NCBI GenBank assembly: GCA_963841735.1
Contig: CAWJDT010000001.1
Location: forward strand, 64,001 to 128,000
Direction of reading: 5' to 3'
Length of the DNA: 64,000 bases
Source of the DNA: an uncultured Actinomycetes bacterium
Lineage (GTDB): Bacteria; Actinomycetota; Thermoleophilia; RBG-16-64-13
A program made the position numbers and the translations under genes. Of this stretch, positions 53,361 through 64,000 are shown in pieces. The first letter of the stretch is position 1. The number at the start of each line of letters is the position of its first letter. The notes beneath the pieces were generated by a model. That model was given only the letters and a program-made list of their open reading frames with translations, was not told the DNA's origin and made no database searches.

Positions 53361-53831
53361 CTACCAACGGTAGTGCGCAAAAGCCTTATTGGCTTCGGCC
53401 ATACGCAGGAGGTCTTCTTTCTTTTTCATGGTCACGCCCGTACGATTGAAACCGTCGAGCAACTCCCCGGCCACCCGTTCAGCCATGGTGTGCTCGCGAC
53501 GCGACCGACTGTGGATGACAATCCAACGGACGGCCAGCGTATACGAACGCCGGGTGGGAACTTCCACCGGCACCTGATAGTTGGCACCCCCGACCCGCCG
53601 AGACCGCACTTCCAGGGCAGGCCGCACGTTCTCAACCGCTTCCTTCAACACGCCAGCAGGATCGTTGCCGGTCCGCTCGCGAAGCAGGGTCATCGCGTCG
53701 TAAATGATGTGCTCCGCAGTGGATTTCTTGCCGTCGATCATCAACCGGTTGACCATCTGGGTGACCAGGCGGCTACGGTAGATTGGATCGGGCTGAATGT
53801 CCCGCTTAGCTGCTCTTGCTCTTCTTGCCAT
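53361..53831 (-). CDS. rpsG: 30S ribosomal protein S7
   Basis: [23 protein letters not shown]. Confidence 0.99.
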   Translation of the reverse strand: MARRARAAKRDIQPDPIYRSRLVTQMVNRLMIDGKKSTAEHIIYDAMTLLRERTGNDPAGVLKEAVENVRPALEVRSRRVGGANYQVPVEVPTRRSYTLAVRWIVIHSRSRREHTMAERVAGELLDGFNRTGVTMKKKEDLLRMAEANKAFAHYRW

Positions 53832-53854
53832 GGGTCCTTACGCCTTCCTGAAGC

Positions 53855-54226
53855 CTACTTGCCCATTTTGGCGCCGTACTTGGAACGGCCCCGTTTGCGA
53901 TTGGCCACGCCTGCTGAGTCAAGAGCGGCTCTGATTATCTTGTACCGCACACCGGGAAGGTCCCGGACCCTGCCACCCCTGATGAGCACTACTGAGTGCT
54001 CCTGCAGGTTGTGCCCGATACCGGGGATGTACGCGGTGACTTCCATCCCGTTGACCAACCGTACGCGCGCAACCTTGCGGAGGGCCGAGTTGGGCTTCTT
54101 TGGCGTGGTCGTATACACACGCGTGCACACGCCGCGCTTCTGCGGCGCGCCTTTTAGGGCAGGGGTCGTAGTCCTCTTGGACTGTGCCTGTCGGCCCTTT
54201 CGGATCAACTGGTTGATCGTCGGCAC
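53855..54226 (-). CDS. rpsL: 30S ribosomal protein S12
   Basis: [23 protein letters not shown]. Confidence 0.99.
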   Translation of the reverse strand: MPTINQLIRKGRQAQSKRTTTPALKGAPQKRGVCTRVYTTTPKKPNSALRKVARVRLVNGMEVTAYIPGIGHNLQEHSVVLIRGGRVRDLPGVRYKIIRAALDSAGVANRKRGRSKYGAKMGK

Positions 54227-54315
54227 ACGTACTCCTAGTCTCTAGATCCGCTGGTTTTCATAAATCGTAGCCCAAGCAAGCGTATACAGCTCGCCTGGCC
54301 GTGCGGCGGGGGCGA

Positions 54316-54344
54316 AGTATAGCAAAGCCCGACTTGGCCTGCAA
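54316..54344 (-). promoter_or_regulatory. Promoter of the str-S10-spc operon
   Basis: TTGCAG-17 bp-TATACT with an extended -10 TG. Confidence 0.7.
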
Positions 54345-54360
54345 GAAGCGCTCGCACGCG

Positions 54361-58689
<4,329 letters not shown>

Positions 58690-58698
58690 GGGAGACTC

Positions 58699-62463
<3,765 letters not shown>

Positions 62464-62596
62464 AGGGGATCACTCCTCACAAGCCGGGTTTTTGCACAGG
62501 TTCAGCGCGCAACCATGCATGATAACACGACATGGTATGCGCAGCCAGCCCAGCCCAGGCTATATCCCAAAGGACAACCAAGGCCGAGCGTGAAGC

Positions 62597-62639
62597 TCGT
62601 CGGAGGGGCGCCGTGCTCCATACGGCACCCCTCCGACGA
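62597..62639 (-). terminator. Strong hairpin after rplL (terminator/attenuator before rpoB)
   Basis: 18-bp stem TCGTCGGAGGGG-GCCGT/ACGGC-CCCCTCCGACGA; its single mismatch is a G-U pair on the minus strand; weak U-tract. Confidence 0.65.
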
Positions 62640-62646
62640 TATCTAA

Positions 62647-63018
62647 CTACTTGACTTCGACTTCGGCCCCGACTTCTTCGAGCTGCTTCTTGACGTCTTC
62701 GGCTTCGGCCTTGGGAATGGCCTGCTTGACCGGGTTCGGCGCACCGTCGACCAGGTCTTTGGCTTCTTTCAAACCAAGGCCGGTGAGGGCCCGCACTACT
62801 TTGATGACGTTGATCTTCTTCTCGCCGGCAGCCTTGAGGATGACGTCGAATTCGGTCTGCTCTTCTTCTTCCGCGGCAGCGGCGGCAGCCGGTGCGGCGG
62901 CGGCAGCCATCGGCACGGCGGCACTCACGCCGAACTCCTCTTCGAGGGCCTTGACCAGGGTGGCCAGGTCGAGTACCGACATCTTCTTGATCTCTTCGAT
63001 TATCTTGTCAGCGGGCAT
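62647..63018 (-). CDS. rplL: 50S ribosomal protein L7/L12
   Basis: [28 protein letters not shown]. Confidence 0.98.
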   Translation of the reverse strand: MPADKIIEEIKKMSVLDLATLVKALEEEFGVSAAVPMAAAAAPAAAAAAEEEEQTEFDVILKAAGEKKINVIKVVRALTGLGLKEAKDLVDGAPNPVKQAIPKAEAEDVKKQLEEVGAEVEVK

Positions 63019-63134
63019 ATCTGTTCGACTCCTTCTTGTCTCTTCTCGGATGTTCCCGTTACCTGTTCTTGGCTCATGAACCTTGTGGGCTCCGCCGGCC
63101 ACGCGGCCGGCGCATCGCCGTCTCGTTGTCCTGG

Positions 63135-63663
63135 CTAGGCGGCGCTCGCCTTGCTCTCTTGGACCTGGGCCAATACGACCACAAGTCCGCGAATGGGGCC
63201 ATTCAGCACTGTCACCAGCCCCCTCAGCGGCGCGGCGATGGTGCCTACCAACTGGGCGATCAGCTGCTCGCGGCTGGGCAGCGTGGCCAGTCTTCTCCAC
63301 GTCGGCTGCGGCCAGCACTGAGCGATCTAGCTTGCCCCCGCGGATGGTGGCCTTCTTCTTCTCCTTGATGAAGTCCTGGATGACCTTAGCCACCCGCTAC
63401 GGGATCGCCATGGCAGTAGACGATGGCGGTGGGGCCTGCGAGAAGCTCGTCTGAGCCCCTCCACGCCGGCGTCGGCCGCCGCGATCTTGGCCAGGGTGTT
63501 CTTGACCACCTTGAGGCTGGCGTCGGCTTTCGCCAGACGAGTCCCGCAACTCGGTGGCCTCAGCGAAGGTCAGCCCGCGATAGTCTACAAAGTAGTAGAC
63601 ATCGGTGGCCTTGAGATCCGCAGTGATCTCCTTGACTGCTGCGATCTTGTCCGGTCTCGGCAT
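63135..63663 (-). CDS. rplJ: 50S ribosomal protein L10 (several frameshifts)
   Basis: [22 protein letters not shown]; GGAGGTG SD. Confidence 0.95.
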
Positions 63664-63681
63664 ACTTAACTCACCTCCTCT

Positions 63682-63835
63682 AAAGAAAATCGTCCACCTC
63701 CAAAAGCAGAGGCGGACGATGACTTCACAGGCTCTATCGAGCCGTTATGTCGGTCTCACTCTGCCTCGGCTGGCGGGTCGGTCTAAACCCGTTCCGCTTC
63801 TGCCGCCGTGGCGGCACCAGCTGTCTTTGGCGGAT
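63682..63835 (-). ncRNA. L10 leader cis-regulatory RNA with attenuator terminator
   Basis: AAAGACAGCTGGTG...CCAGCCGAGG core upstream of rplJ, then hairpin ATCGTCCGCCTC/GAGGTGGACGAT plus TTTCTTT just before the SD. Confidence 0.82.
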
Positions 63836-63845
63836 AGCGACGGGG

Positions 63846-63874
63846 ATTATACCCGGTTATCGCTTCTTCTTCAA
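63846..63874 (-). promoter_or_regulatory. Promoter of rplJL
   Basis: TTGAAG-17 bp-TATAAT overlapping the rplA 3' end. Confidence 0.7.
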
Positions 63875-64000
63875 GCAGCGCGCGGGTCTTCGAGGTGTCC
63901 AGCGGGACACCCGGGCCCATGGTGGTGGTCATGGTGATGCTGCGCAGGTACTTGCCCTTGGCCGAGGCCGGCTTGGCCCGAACGATCTCGCCCAGCACCT
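63857..64000 (-). CDS. rplA: 50S ribosomal protein L1, C-terminal part (partial; probable indel at the stop)
   Basis: [25 protein letters not shown]; an out-of-frame TAA at 63857 is the likely true stop. Confidence 0.95.

Noticed and set aside
62647-63393. Apparent L10-L7/L12 fusion ORF (248 aa)
   Set aside because: It results from rplJ frameshifts. rplJ stops at 63135, and rplL has its own AGGAG SD and ATG at 63018.
63783-63856. C-terminal extension of L1
   Set aside because: It would run through the rplJ promoter and the L10 leader; an out-of-frame TAA at 63857 points to an indel.

Overview
High-GC bacterial core-genome window, almost entirely on the minus strand. It most likely comes from a deep-branching Actinomycetota (Thermoleophilia-like), inferred from the actinobacterial coiled-coil insertion in RpoC, the RpoB 'NSLAGLTHRRRLSALGAGG' variant and the LCP architecture. 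Read in transcription order (right to left): rplA(partial)-L10 leader-rplJL-rpoBC-str-S10-spc-alpha superoperon-truA; a ~4.4 kb insertion (radical SAM gene, pyrogallol transhydroxylase-like molybdoenzyme, divergent TetR); rplM-rpsI; Orr-like racemase-glmS-acpS/nnr; tRNA nucleotidyltransferase; rpmE-thyX-DUF1385-prfA-prmC-tsaC-rpiB-glyA-dCMP deaminase; the full F1Fo atp operon; murA; two LCP genes; and a PNP-like-ahcY-mtnA cluster. About 25 genes, many of them essential, are broken by single-base indels outside ~32.7-59.8 kb, which I read as long-read assembly errors; boundaries of these genes are approximate. No rRNA, tRNA, CRISPR or transposase was seen. The most striking observation is an RNA polymerase beta-prime subunit carrying an extra alpha-CTD-like domain at its C-terminus (25/60 identical to the alpha-CTD of RpoA in this same window).
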